NCBI GenBank assembly: GCA_965237955.1
Contig: OZ250169.1
Span: 3,872,001 to 3,936,000 of the forward strand
Direction of reading: 5' to 3'
Source: Candidatus Marinacidobacterales bacterium
Lineage (GTDB): Bacteria > Acidobacteriota > Vicinamibacteria > Marinacidobacterales > SMYC01
DNA length: 64,000 nucleotides
Part shown: piece by piece, positions 42,019-53,307 of the stretch
Layout: every line of letters begins with the position of its first letter
Position numbering within the stretch: position 1 is the stretch's first letter
Position numbers and translations under genes: made by a program
Notes under the pieces: model-generated
The model's database searches: none
The model's input: only the letters and a program-made list of their open reading frames with translations
What the model was told of the DNA's origin: nothing

Positions 42019-42850
42019 CTAGTCCCATGGAACAAAAAAAGCTAGACAACACCGGCCCTTCTGTGATCTGCTAAATGCATGAAACACAAGGGCCGGCGAA
42101 AAGCCGAATTGAAGCTGTCGTCTCAAGAAAGCGAAGCGCTGACGCGACTGGCGCGACGCAGCCGTAGTTCGCCGCACCAAGCCTTCCGAGCGAAGATCGT
42201 GCTGGATTGCGCGGCGGGTCTGACGAATATGGAAGTTGCTAGGAAGATGCACACCATGAGGAGCACGGTGGGCAAGTGGCGAAGACGCTTTGTAGAACAA
42301 CGAATGGAAGGGTTGTACGACGAACCTCGGCCGGGAGCGGCTCGCAAAATCGGCGATGACCAGATCGAGGAAGTCGTGACCAAGACGCTGGAGACGACTC
42401 CAAAGGGGAGAACCCATTGGAGTACGCGCTCGATGGCCAAGCATCTTTGGCTGAGTCATTCGACGATTGGACGTATTTGGCGAACGTTCGGGCTTCAACC
42501 GCACCGCTCGGAATCGTTTCGTCTCTCGCAAGACCCACAACTGGTCGAAAAAGTACGCGACGTTGTTGGCCTGTATATGAACCCACCGGATAACGCGGTC
42601 GTCCTGTGCGTCGACGAGAAATCGCAGATTCAAGCGCTCGAGCGTGCTCAACCTGTCCTGCCCATGAGCTTGGGCCAGCCCGAGCGACAAACCCACGACT
42701 ACATTCGGCATGGAACGACTGACCTGTTTGCCGCACTCGACGCCGCAACAGGTGAAGTCTTCGGAAAGTGCTACGCGCGACATCGAGCGCTAGAGTTCAA
42801 GAAGTTCCTCGCTGAGATCGAAGCAGCCGTTCCCAGCGAGTTGGACATCG
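42019..42850 (+). mobile_element. IS630 family element, 3'-truncated; transposase starts at 42079
   Basis: CTAG-start terminus; [35 protein letters not shown]; third catalytic region missing. Confidence 0.88.
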
Positions 42851-42859
42851 GCCGCTGTC

Positions 42860-43720
42860 GGTCTGCGTTTCGCAGAAGAGGTCAACGAGCGCGCTGACGG
42901 AGAGCTCGTCATCGAGTTCAAAGGCGCAAGCGAGGTTTTCCCCGTATTCGACCAGCCCGAGGCGTTAGTGAGGGGCGTCATCGACGTTTGGTATGGCGCC
43001 CCGAACTACTGGGCAGGGGTGGTCGCGGGCGGTTATGTAACGGAACTTTCGCCTCTTCCCATTCCCGATGGCGGGCCTGGTCACGAACTGTTCGAGTTGA
43101 TGGTCCAGCTGTACGCGCGCAGGGGTGTTCGGTATCTCGGGCACTTCTCAGGTGCTCCGGGCACGGGCAATCACTTCATGTACGTCCAGCAGAGGATCGC
43201 ATCCATTGCCGACCTCGAGGGCATGAAGATCAGGGTTCCACCGTTGACGCGCTTCTTCGTCAACGGGGTGGGCGCCGAGCCGGTCACACTCCCGCCGGGA
43301 GAGGTTTACCTCGCCCTGGAACGCGGCACGGTGGAAGGCTTCACCTGGCCCTATTACGACGGGTTCACCAATTTCGGCTGGCATGAAGTGTCGAAATTCA
43401 TCGTCTCACACCCGCTGTATCGCAACGGGGCGAGCATCACGATGAATCTCGAGACATGGAACAGCCTTCCTGAGGACATGCAACACATCGTGTTGGATGC
43501 CGTGCGTGACATTCAGGTCTGGGCGCTGGAATGGATTGCGGCACAACAACGGGTGCAGCTCACGACGATGACAGCGGGCGGCATGGGTGTCATCTCGTTC
43601 TCCGAAACCGATGCTCGGCGCTGAGACGAGACCGCCAGCGCGACGTTGTGGGCCCAGTTTAAAAAGGTCATGAGCGCGGAGGATTTCAACAAAGCCAGGA
43701 CGCTCATGGGGTACAAGTGA
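42860..43720 (+). pseudogene. dctP: TRAP substrate-binding protein, N-terminus lost, internal TGA at 43622
   Basis: DLEGMKIRV, GEVYLALERGTVEG. Confidence 0.8.
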
Positions 43721-44235
43721 GACTTAGGATCACTCGTGTCTTCGATGCCATTGTGAATGTCAGCGCCGCATTGGCCGGCGGTCTGCTCGTGGCCCTCATG
43801 CTGGCGACCACCGTCAAGGTATTCTTTCGATACGTCTTGGGCGAAGGGCTTAACGGCGTCGATCAGATCAGCGGTACGCTGCTGCTCTACATCGCTTTTC
43901 TCGGGGCTGCGTGGGTAGCACGCGAAGACAAGCACGTGCGCGTCGATCTTCTGGTCAAGGGCCTGAGTCATCGATTACAGCGCTGGTTGGGCGTGGTGAC
44001 CTCCATCATCGGCGCCCTGACCTGCTTGATACTTGCGGCCTACGGCGCCGTGGAAGCCGCCACCTCCTGGCAGCGCGGCATATTCATTCCGGCTGAAATC
44101 GAGTTTCCGAGAGCCATCAATTTGGCCGTGATTCCGTTCGGCAGTTTCTTGCTGTGCCTTCAGTTCATCAGGAGTGCCCGGCGCTCGTTCATCGGCGAGA
44201 GGGTCCATGCCGCCAACAGCGAAAGAGGTGGGTAG
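43717..44235 (+). CDS. dctQ: TRAP transporter small permease
   Basis: VFFRY, FLGAAW..REDKHVRVD; four TM helices. Confidence 0.88.
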   Translation: MRLRITRVFDAIVNVSAALAGGLLVALMLATTVKVFFRYVLGEGLNGVDQISGTLLLYIAFLGAAWVAREDKHVRVDLLVKGLSHRLQRWLGVVTSIIGALTCLILAAYGAVEAATSWQRGIFIPAEIEFPRAINLAVIPFGSFLLCLQFIRSARRSFIGERVHAANSERGG

Positions 44236-44237
44236 GC

Positions 44238-45549
44238 ATGGAGTGGTGGGCGTGCATGCTGTTGTTCTTCGGCGGTCTCATCATTCTGTTACTGACGGAG
44301 CTTCCGGTCGTGTTCGCCTTCATGCTGGTCAATGTCGTCGGGGTCTACCTACTCTGGGGCGGAACCATTGGTCTCGAACAGCTCATTCTCAGCATCGATA
44401 GCTCCGTTTCGACGTTCGTGCTGGTGCCGGCCGATGTTCATTCTCATGGGCACGGTGATGTTCCATCCCGGTGTTGCCTTCAAGATGATAGATGTGCTCG
44501 ATCAATGGCTCGGGGCCATCGCGGGCCGGCTGTCTTTGCTCGCGGTAGCTGCCGGTGCGCTGTTTGCAACGCTCACCGGAGTCGCGATGGGTAGCGTGGC
44601 CATGCTGGGATCCACACTCGGGCCGGACATGGAAAGATGAGGCTACAGCAAATCCATGTCGCTCGGACCGATTCTCGCCAGCGGGAGCCTCGCCATCATG
44701 ATCCCCCCGAGCGCCCTTGCCGTGATCTTGGCCAGCTTCGGCAAGTTCTCCGTGGGTAAGCTCTTGATGGGGATATTGCTCCCAGGCTTGCTGCTGGCCG
44801 GTGTCTACACGGTCTATATCATCGTGAGGTGCACGCTTCAGCCAAGTCTGGCCCCCGCCTACGATGTCGCCCCGACGCCAATAGGACGTCGCATTGCAGA
44901 CACCTGTCGCTACGTGGTGCCGCTCGTGTCGGTCATCTTCGTCGTAGGCGGAACCATCTTTGCCGGTGTCGCCACTCCGACGGAAGCTGCCGCTATCGGT
45001 GCGCTCATGTGCTTCGGGCTCGCGGCAGCCTACGGGAAATTGAGCTTTCAGGTCATCAAGAATGCGGTGGGCACGGCAACATCTATTTCGGTCGTGGTCT
45101 TGATCATCCTCACTGGCTCAGCCGTTTTCGGCCAGCTGCTGGCCTTTGCCGGGGTCACTGTGGGCATCACCCAGCTGGTTGGAAACCTGTCCGTACCCCC
45201 CACCATCATCCTTCTCTCGTTGCAGCTCGTCGTGCTGCTGCTGGGCATGTTCATCGAGCAGACTTCCATCGTCATGGTCACGATCCCGATATTCATGCCC
45301 ATCGTCGGCGCCCTGGGGTGGGACCCGATATGGTTTGGCGCGATCATGCTGCTCAACCTGGAGATGGCGACCATCTCCCCGCCTTTTGGATTGTCGCTGT
45401 TCGTCATGAAGAGCATCGCCTCACCGGACACCTCGATGGGCGATATCTACCGGGCGGCTCTCCCGTTCGTGGGGCTGAACATTGTCGTGATGGCAATCAT
45501 GATCGCGTTTCCGCCGATTGTGCTGTGGCTTCCCGACTTGATGAGATAG
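44238..45549 (+). pseudogene. dctM: TRAP transporter large permease with a frameshift and an internal stop at 44638
   Basis: MIPPS, ATPTEAAA, DPIWFG, SPPFG.SLFV. Confidence 0.85.
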
Positions 45550-45551
45550 CA

Positions 45552-45587
45552 GGAGAAGACGCCTCCATCACTTCGGGCGTCTTCTCC
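45552..45587. terminator. Hairpin immediately after dctM (possible terminator)
   Basis: 12-bp stem GGAGAAGACGCC/GGCGTCTTCTCC; no U-tract. Confidence 0.4.
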
Positions 45588-45589
45588 CG

Positions 45590-45730
45590 AGATGGCAATC
45601 TCGAAGACGTTCTTTGCAAGATCCACAGCGATCGTCGTATCTTTCATTCGGACTCCTCCTTTTCGATGCGTATTCGACTGACTTTGGCACATCGATGCCG
45701 TCTATGTCAGCGGAGGAGTCCATTCCATCA
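45590..45730 (-). mobile_element. IS1111-group (IS110 family) left-end remnant
   Basis: Subterminal IR ATGGACTCCTCC, RBS AGGAGG, MKDTTIAVDLAKNVFEIA then truncation. Confidence 0.75.
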
Positions 45731-45804
45731 CTTGATGGCAGAAGCACCCGTGAGAGAGCGGGGCTGCCTCTTCGCCAAGGCTGTGGCCAAGCAGGGCCAT
45801 TCCG

Positions 45805-48800
45805 TCAAACCGAATCGTCGGTCATTGGGGCTTTCTTGGTCAGAACCGGTTTCAGGTTCCGGCGTTTGAGCTGCTCGTTCAACGCTACGAGATCGCTCTC
45901 CAGAACACCTTGCAGATTCCGAAGATGTCCGTCCAGCTCCGGCGAAAGCTCCTCGAACACCTTGTAGGCAGCGTCCGTTGGGCGCGCATCGCCGTTCTCC
46001 ACGCTGTACCTCAGGTAGGCCAGCCGGTTGTTGATTCTAATGGAGAAGTTGAACGGATCCTGAGGGCTTTGGTTTTTGACCTGGTAAATCTCCTGCTCGA
46101 TCGTCGCGATCTTTCCGAGCAGACTCTGGGCGGTGCGGTTCAGCCTGCTGTCGCTGGACTGTTCGAGTCGGTCGTTGACCTGGGCGCGGATGTCGCGAAT
46201 CTGGATGACCGCTTCGTGGGCCGCGCTCGTCTTATCTCGGATCTTGGAGGCGAGATCGAACTGCTTCTTTAGATCGGCCACGGTGACGCCCTTGAGCCGC
46301 GGGTCCATCTGTATCTCGAACGACTGCGTCACGGTCTTACCGGCCGCGGTAAGGCGGACCTGGTAGCGTCCGGGAGGGGCCTTCGGCCCGCTCTGCGGCG
46401 AGGCACCACTGATGACCATCCCCTCGAAGGTCGGCGCGCCTGGATAGCGTAGATCCCACTCGAATCGGTTCAGGCCGGCGTGGACGGTTGGCGGCGGCCG
46501 GCGGAAGGAAGGCGCGGGGCTCGGCTTCTTCTCGTCCTCGGGCGTACCGGCGACTTTACGGATAACCTTGCCCGTGTCGTCCAGGATCTCGGCGGTGACC
46601 TTATCCACCGCGTCCTTGAGATAGTACTGGACGACCGCGTTGCCCAACCCCCGCACGGCGGGGTGAGGCTCGAAGAGGGTCAGGGAGGCTTGATAGACCT
46701 CCGGCGTGATCTGGCGCAGGGGATCGATGTCGTCCAGGATCCAGAAGCCCCGGCCGTGCGAGCCGACCACCACGTCGTGGTCCTTGACCACGAGGTCGCG
46801 AATCGGCGTGTCCGGCAGATTGAGCTGGAGCGACTGCCACTGGTCGCCGGCGTCGAAGGACACGTACACACCGTGCTCCGTACCCAGGAAGAGAAGGTCT
46901 TCTCGCACCGGATCCTCCCGCACCGCCCGCGCAAAGTGGCCCGCTGGGATGCCGTTGACAATCTTCGTCCAGCTCTTGCCGTAGTCGCGCGTCCGGAAGA
47001 CGTACGGCTCGCGGTCGTCCACCTGGTAGCGATTGGCCGCCACGTAGAGCGTGCCCGGGTTATGCCGCGACTCGTCGATGATGCTGATGCGGCTGAACTT
47101 CGGCATGTCGGGAGGCGTGATGTTCTCCCAGTTCTTACCGCCGTCTCTGGTGATGTGCATCAACCCGTCGTCCGAGCCGGTCCAGATGGTGTTCACGTCG
47201 TGGTAGGAGGGGGCCAGGGCGAAGATCGTCGCGTAGATCTCCGGTCCGTCCATGTCCATGGTGATGAGGCCCCCGGTGGGTCCCAACGTTTCCTCGTCGG
47301 CGAGAGTGAGATCGGGGCTGATCTTCTCCCAGCTCTGTCCATCGTTGGTGGTCTTCCACAGGTGCTGCGAGCAGGTGTAGAGGATGTTCTCGTCGAGGGG
47401 AGAGAACATATTGGGATAAGTCCACTGCCACCGCTCCGGATACGCGCTCGACGGCTCGCCGAGGAAAAACCGCGGGTAGACCTGGATGTCCCGGATCTGG
47501 CCGTTCGACCGGTCGTAGCGCGTCAAAAGCCCCCCCCGGCTGCCGGCGCCGCAGGCGTAGAAGATGTCCAGGTTGGTGGGGTGCTGCGATATCCACGCGC
47601 TCTCGGCGCCGCCCACCTCGTAGTACCAGCCGTGATTCGGGCCGCGGGCTTGCATGTAATCCCAGCCCCCGCTGGGCACGCACACCGTGGAGTTGTCTTG
47701 CTGCGCGCCGCAGACGTGGTACGGGAAGTCGTTGGTCGCGATGACGTGGTAGAGCTGGGTGGTGGGGAAGTCCTGCTCGGACCAGGTCTCCCCGCCGTTG
47801 ATGGAGACATTGCCGCCCCCGTCGTTGGCATTGATCATTCTGAGCGAGTTGTTTGGGTCGATCCACAGGTCGTGGTTGTCACCGTGAGGCACCTCAATCC
47901 GGATGTCGAAGGTCTTGCCGCCGTCGGTGGACTTGTAGAAACTGGTGTTGAGACCGTAGACGGTATCCCGGTCCAGCGGGTCCGCGTAGATCCGGGTGTA
48001 GTAGAAGGCTCGCTGACGGAGCTTTCGCTCGTCGTTGGTCCGTATCCAGGTGGCTCCGGCGTCGTCCGAGCGAAAGACACCGCCCTCGTTCGCCTCCACC
48101 ATGGCCCAAATCCGATTGGGGTCCGCCGGTGAGACCGTCACCCCGATCTTTCCGATCGGCGGCTCGGGCATGCCGGGATTTTCGGTGAGCTCGGTCCAGG
48201 TGTCGCCGCCGTCCGTGGACTTGTATAGCCCGGAGTCCGGCCCGCCACTCGACAGAATCCAGGCCTTGCGGTAGACCTGCCAGAGCGATGCGTAGAGAAC
48301 CTCCGGATTTTTCCGGTCGATGATGAGATCCACCGCCCCCGCCTTGGGACTCACATAGAGGACTTTCTCCCAGGTGTTGCCCCCATCGGTGGAGCGAAAG
48401 ACCCCGCGCTCCTCGTTGTCGCCGTAAGGGTGTCCGAGCGCCGCGACATAAACGATGTCGGGATTGGTGGGGTGCACGCGGATGCGAGAGATCGCCTGTG
48501 TATCCGCCAGGCCCAGGTGCCGCCAGGTCTTGCCGCCGTCGGCGGTCTTGTAGACGCCGTCGCCCTGGGTGATGCTGCCGCGGAGCTGGGTCTCGCCCAT
48601 GCCAATGTAGACGACGTCAGGGTTGGTTTCCGCTACGGCCACCGCGCCCACCGAGGAGCTGGTCACCTGACCGTCGGTGACCGGGAACCAGGTGTCGCCG
48701 CCGTCCGTGGTCTTCCAGAGCCCGCCGCCGGTGGCGCCGAAGTAGTACTCGTTGGGCCGGCCGGGGCTTCCCGAGCAACCGATCGACCTCCCCCCGCGGT

Positions 48801-49161
48801 TGGGTCCGATGTTGCGCCAGGAGAGGGTGCTGAAGAGCTCCGCGTCGAAGGTGATCTCCGCCGGGGAGGCGGATGAGCGGGCGTGTAAGGTGCCGCTCCC
48901 GGCGAAGCCGGACATCTCGAAGACCATGTCATAGGTCCCCGGCTCGAGGTTCGGAAAGCGGTAGCTGCCGTCGACCTCGGTGGTGGCCACCCTCTCGCCG
49001 ATGATATCTGTGCCGGTCAGGGTTATGGTGACGCCCGGGAGAACGAGCCCCTGCGCGCCCTTGACCACACCATCCAAGATTCCAGTGGTGAGCTGGGCTC
49101 CAAGCAAGGAGCAAAGCCCCAGGAAAATAATGGCTAAGATTAACAGTTGTTTACGGAACAT
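45805..49161 (-). CDS. Secreted VPS10/sortilin-type (BNR-repeat) glycosyl hydrolase-like protein with N-terminal carboxypeptidase-regulatory-like domain
   Basis: WRNIGPNRGGRS, many (S/T)xDGGxTW Asp-boxes, HGDNHDLWIDP, HGRGFWILDD. Confidence 0.88.
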   Translation of the reverse strand: MFRKQLLILAIIFLGLCSLLGAQLTTGILDGVVKGAQGLVLPGVTITLTGTDIIGERVATTEVDGSYRFPNLEPGTYDMVFEMSGFAGSGTLHARSSASPAEITFDAELFSTLSWRNIGPNRGGRSIGCSGSPGRPNEYYFGATGGGLWKTTDGGDTWFPVTDGQVTSSSVGAVAVAETNPDVVYIGMGETQLRGSITQGDGVYKTADGGKTWRHLGLADTQAISRIRVHPTNPDIVYVAALGHPYGDNEERGVFRSTDGGNTWEKVLYVSPKAGAVDLIIDRKNPEVLYASLWQVYRKAWILSSGGPDSGLYKSTDGGDTWTELTENPGMPEPPIGKIGVTVSPADPNRIWAMVEANEGGVFRSDDAGATWIRTNDERKLRQRAFYYTRIYADPLDRDTVYGLNTSFYKSTDGGKTFDIRIEVPHGDNHDLWIDPNNSLRMINANDGGGNVSINGGETWSEQDFPTTQLYHVIATNDFPYHVCGAQQDNSTVCVPSGGWDYMQARGPNHGWYYEVGGAESAWISQHPTNLDIFYACGAGSRGGLLTRYDRSNGQIRDIQVYPRFFLGEPSSAYPERWQWTYPNMFSPLDENILYTCSQHLWKTTNDGQSWEKISPDLTLADEETLGPTGGLITMDMDGPEIYATIFALAPSYHDVNTIWTGSDDGLMHITRDGGKNWENITPPDMPKFSRISIIDESRHNPGTLYVAANRYQVDDREPYVFRTRDYGKSWTKIVNGIPAGHFARAVREDPVREDLLFLGTEHGVYVSFDAGDQWQSLQLNLPDTPIRDLVVKDHDVVVGSHGRGFWILDDIDPLRQITPEVYQASLTLFEPHPAVRGLGNAVVQYYLKDAVDKVTAEILDDTGKVIRKVAGTPEDEKKPSPAPSFRRPPPTVHAGLNRFEWDLRYPGAPTFEGMVISGASPQSGPKAPPGRYQVRLTAAGKTVTQSFEIQMDPRLKGVTVADLKKQFDLASKIRDKTSAAHEAVIQIRDIRAQVNDRLEQSSDSRLNRTAQSLLGKIATIEQEIYQVKNQSPQDPFNFSIRINNRLAYLRYSVENGDARPTDAAYKVFEELSPELDGHLRNLQGVLESDLVALNEQLKRRNLKPVLTKKAPMTDDSV

Positions 49162-49807
49162 ACGCCCTCCTTTCAATTCACAGCGTGTTACTTGCCCGAA
49201 AGGGCAGTGTAATCGGGAAAGGCGACGGTGATTCCCCGGCGTAACGAAAAGGAGGCTGCTCGGCCATCTTCGACCCTTTTTTTCAGAGAATGACAAAGAG
49301 GTGATAGCAAAACCCCCGCTTGGCTGCTGCAATGGCTGGGGCGCCTTCTTCAGCATCTCCGCCACCTCGCCGATGTAGCGAGAATAAGGGTGTCATTATA
49401 ATTGAGCCTCTTCTGCCATTTCAGTGGATCCTCTCGAGTGTGAGACCGCCGCAGTTTAGGTAGACGAGACTGATGAGAGCTTCGGCAGAGTGGAGCCCGT
49501 AGCTGCGGTTGTCTCTCATCATTATTAAAATGACCGGGCCTGTCCCTTCCGTAGTAGGAAGACGAAGCTACCGGAACACGCGGCGCTTTCGGCTACAATG
49601 AGTTTCACCACCGAAACGGAGCCTTTTGCGCAGCATGGAAGCGTCGCAACGTCGCCGGTGGGTGAAGTGGCTGGCCGCCCCCGCGCTCGCACTCACGAAT
49701 GTGAGGCGTTATCATCATCCCCCGCACGCAACGTAGATAGCGTTAGAAGGCGGCGCAGCCGATCTAGGTGTCATCGCAAAGTGAGACCGCTCCCGGAGGC
49801 CTGAAAC

Positions 49808-50797
49808 GTGGAATACCGGAGACTGGGCAATACGGATATCGAAGTCTCGGTGATGGCGCTCGGCTGCTGGGCCTTCGCGGGCGGCGCGGTCTGGGGCGAT
49901 CAGGATGACGACATATCGATCGCGACGGTGCACGCGGCACTGGACACAGGGATCAACTTCTTCGACACGGCAGAGTTCTACGAGAAAGGCCATTCTGAAC
50001 GCGTCCTCGGACGCGGCCTGGAAGGCCGGCGCACAGAGGCGGTCATCGCGACCAAGGTGAGTCCGAATCACCTGACCCCGGAAGGGATCGCATCTGCCTG
50101 CGAGGAGAGCCTCGTGAACTTAAGGACGGACTATATCGATCTGTACCAGATCCACTGGCCGAATCACGACATCCCGATCGAGACGTCCTGGCGCGCGCTC
50201 GAAGATCTGGTGCAAGACGGGAAAGTCCGCGCTCTGGGTGTAGCAAACTTCGCCATCGGTGATCTATCCGATCTGATCGAGGTGGGCCGGCCGGAAGCGA
50301 ATCAGCTGCCCTACAGCTTGCTATGGCGGGCGATCGAGTTTGAAATCCTGGCGCTCTGCCGCGAGCGTGCAATCGGGTTGATCTGCTACAGTCCGTTCGC
50401 GCAGGGGCTGCTGACGGGACGCTACGCGACGGCGGACGAGGTGCCGGATGGACTCGCGCGGACGCGATGGTATGCGAGCACCCATCCACTGGCCATTCAC
50501 GACGAGCCCGGATGCGAAGAAGCCGTTTTCCGCGCCCTCGCGGGCATTCGCGACGTGAGTGAGCAGGTCGGCGCTCCCATGGCGAGCGTGGCCCTCGCCT
50601 GGGTGAGGCAGCAGAGGGGGATAACGTCGTTTCTGGTGGGGGCCCGGAATCCGCAAGAGCTCGAGCGCAACCTGCCATCGCTTTCGCTGGAGCTGGACGC
50701 CGTGACGACGGCCGAGTTGGAGCGCTTGACACAGCCGGTCAAAGACGCGATCGGTCGGAACCCTGACATGTGGATGTCCAACTCCCGGATGCGGTGA
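49808..50797 (+). CDS. Aldo/keto reductase
   Basis: FFDTAEFY, IATKV, DYIDLYQIHWP, YSPFAQGLL. Confidence 0.93.
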   Translation: MEYRRLGNTDIEVSVMALGCWAFAGGAVWGDQDDDISIATVHAALDTGINFFDTAEFYEKGHSERVLGRGLEGRRTEAVIATKVSPNHLTPEGIASACEESLVNLRTDYIDLYQIHWPNHDIPIETSWRALEDLVQDGKVRALGVANFAIGDLSDLIEVGRPEANQLPYSLLWRAIEFEILALCRERAIGLICYSPFAQGLLTGRYATADEVPDGLARTRWYASTHPLAIHDEPGCEEAVFRALAGIRDVSEQVGAPMASVALAWVRQQRGITSFLVGARNPQELERNLPSLSLELDAVTTAELERLTQPVKDAIGRNPDMWMSNSRMR

Positions 50798-50989
50798 GTT
50801 TTTTCTCTCGCTCAGTTCATGGCTAGAGAACGCAAGGGCGCAACGGCGCCGACCGACAGGGCACCAATAAAGGATAGGAGATTCTATACGGCCGGCGCGC
50901 CGGATTCGCGAGAATTCTCCCCGGGGGCGAGGGGGTTACGCGTTGGGGCGGTCGGGAATCGAGGGAAAAGGGGAACACCGACCTCGACC

Positions 50990-51200
50990 TGCTACTTGAT
51001 CAACGATCGCGACTCGAAATTCTGCGCGTCGTTTCAGCTGACCATCGAAGCGGTGGGTATCAAGACAGTCAAACTGCCTGCGAGAAGCCCGGATTTGAAT
51101 TCATTCGCGGAGCGCTGGGTGAAGTCAGTGAAAGGATGAGTGCCTGTCGAAGCTCATCCTCTTCGGGGAAAGGTCCCTTCGACTCGCGCTGAAGGAGTAG
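50990..51200 (+). pseudogene. Integrase-core transposase fragment
   Basis: YLINDRDSKF...LPARSPDLNSFAERWV. Confidence 0.7.
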
Positions 51201-51300
51201 ACCAAGCGCATCTAGGCGTTCGCGCGGGCCGACGTCGCTATGAGCGCGACCCGTTTCTGAAGCTTCTTATCTCGGGCCCCTTCTCTTTCGTGGCGTGGGG

Positions 51301-52094
51301 TCACGCCGGTACCGCGTCGCGCGCGATGTCCCCTGCGTCGTCGATTGAGCTCACGCCCCAGCACAGCTCGATGAGCTGTCGGGTTCGAGCGCCCGAGAGC
51401 ACACCTTCCGCCTGGCCTCGGAATTTCGCTTCCAGATCGGCGTCCGTCATCGGACGCTCCAGGCTTCCGATGGCGTGTAAGACGTGCTTGTCGATCGTCC
51501 GTCCGTCCTTGAGCGTCACCGAAACGTAGGCTTCGTCCTCCTCGACGGCAGGATCCACCGCCGCCGAGACGCGGTCGCGGACCGCCACGATGGTCCGGTC
51601 GCGGACGGCGTCATCGGTGTATTCCTTTTGACCGGCTGAACCTCGCACGAAAGCCACCGCGGCCGAGTGAAACACGCTGAACTTGCCCTCGAGCCCGGTG
51701 GACGGAGTTTTCTTGCCCGTGAGCTACAACACGAGCGGGTTCACCCGGAGCTCGACCCGGGTGATGTCGGACGGCTCGAGAGCGTGCTCGTTTCTGAGCT
51801 GGACGCATCCGTCGATGATGGGGTGGATTACGATGCCACAGGCGAAAGGTTTGTACGTGTTGCGCTCGACTTCGAACGTCTCTCCGAGTCCCTTCGTGAC
51901 GTGGGTGAAGTCGTGCTCGGCGGACATCGTGTTGGCGAAGCCGCGCGTCGCTTCGAGGCTACGATCGGAGCTCGTGAAGTTCTTGGACGCGAGTAGCGCG
52001 GCCGTCACCCCATTCTGGGCGGCTCGGCCGGGGTGAAAGGATTTACACATCGTGCCGAACATCTCGCGAAGCCCCGCCGATTGCGTCGCGGCGA
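51301..52094 (-). pseudogene. MmgE/PrpD family C-terminal half, truncated by IS5 and frameshifted
   Basis: FGTMCKSFHPGRAA, YKPFACG..IHP, GSLERPM. Confidence 0.85.
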
Positions 52095-53181
52095 TGCCTT
52101 GGTGCACAACTCCGATAGAGGCCGATAGCTCGCTTGGCCCCGACTCCCATCATCCGATCATCTCGCTATCAGGCATCCCGAGCGCCGTCATGGTGTTGAG
52201 AATCTTGCACCCGATCCTTGCCTCGACTCTCTGTGCCGCCAACCCTCTCGCTCGCATCGCTGAGCCCACGATAGCCTTGTAGCGATGGAACGTTGTCTCG
52301 ACTTTGCTCCGTTTGCTGTAGCCCGATTCTGTGTGCCACTTTCGTTTGCCGAGCCGAGCTTGTGCTGCAATGTTGCGATTGCGCTGTCGGCTGCTCGCCG
52401 GCCCCGATGCGAGCTGGGCGCCCTTGCGCGGCGGTATCAGCACCCTCGGCGAGCAATGAGCGCTGTGATTCTCGATTGCCTCATAGACGCCGCCGGCGTC
52501 GTATGCGGTGTCAGCTCTGGCAGATGAGATGGGACTGTCGATCTGTCCGACAAGCGATGCAACCCGCGATGAATCGCGGGCTCTTTTGCTCGTCAGCTCG
52601 CCGGCGACGACTTCGCCACTCTGCTCGTCGACACACAGATGGAGCTTGCGATAGTCCCTGCTCTTTGGTGCTCTGCGCAGCTGGCCGGCGTGGACAGCGA
52701 GACCGCTGCTGTCGATCAAGATGTGCAACGGCGTCTTCTGCTTGTCTTGGTAGAAGGGGACCTTACCCAGCTTCGCCTTGCGCCTCGAGATCGTGGTGTG
52801 ATCGGGCACATCATTGTCTAGCTTCATCAGAGCGAACAACGATCGCAGCAATCCCTCGCTCTGCCTAGATGACAGATGAAACACCATGCCCAGGGTGACA
52901 GCCGTCTCGATGGCGTGGTTCGAGTACTTGCGTTGACGGCCCGGTTTCCTCCTCCTCGGCCGGGGCGCGTCCCAGTTCACAAGCTTGCCGGCGGTGAGCG
53001 AGATCCAGACGGTCAGGCTCCCACGGTTGCGTAGACCCGCCTCATATTCACGCCAATTCCTCACGCGATAGGCCTTCTTCACATACTTCCGCTGAGTGCG
53101 TTTGAAAATGCTCATGGGGAACCTCGAATCCGTGAGTAAAGGACAATTGTGGACCGAGATCGCGAGTTGTGCACCAAGGCA
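52095..53181 (-). mobile_element. IS5 family element copy 2; transposase 52150-53115
   Basis: Same 18-bp TIRs and identical protein to copy 1; a few nucleotide differences; no TSD. Confidence 0.93.
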
Positions 53182-53307
53182 GCTCGTAAAGGCTTCGAAC
53201 CGCGTTGGATATTATGGAACTCAATCAGGACGGCCTTTGCGAGTCTGGCATCCGCCCTGTTAATAGTTCTACTATTCAGACTTTGAAGAGCAAGGACGTA
53301 GCGACAT

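Noticed and set aside
43622-44640. In-frame TGA codons as selenocysteine or an alternative genetic code
   Set aside because: They fall at probable Trp and Arg positions in an already broken operon, and TGA ends many intact genes here
49440-49520. CTGATGAG within a stem as a hammerhead ribozyme or riboswitch
   Set aside because: No properly placed GAAA core after stem II and no recognisable aptamer
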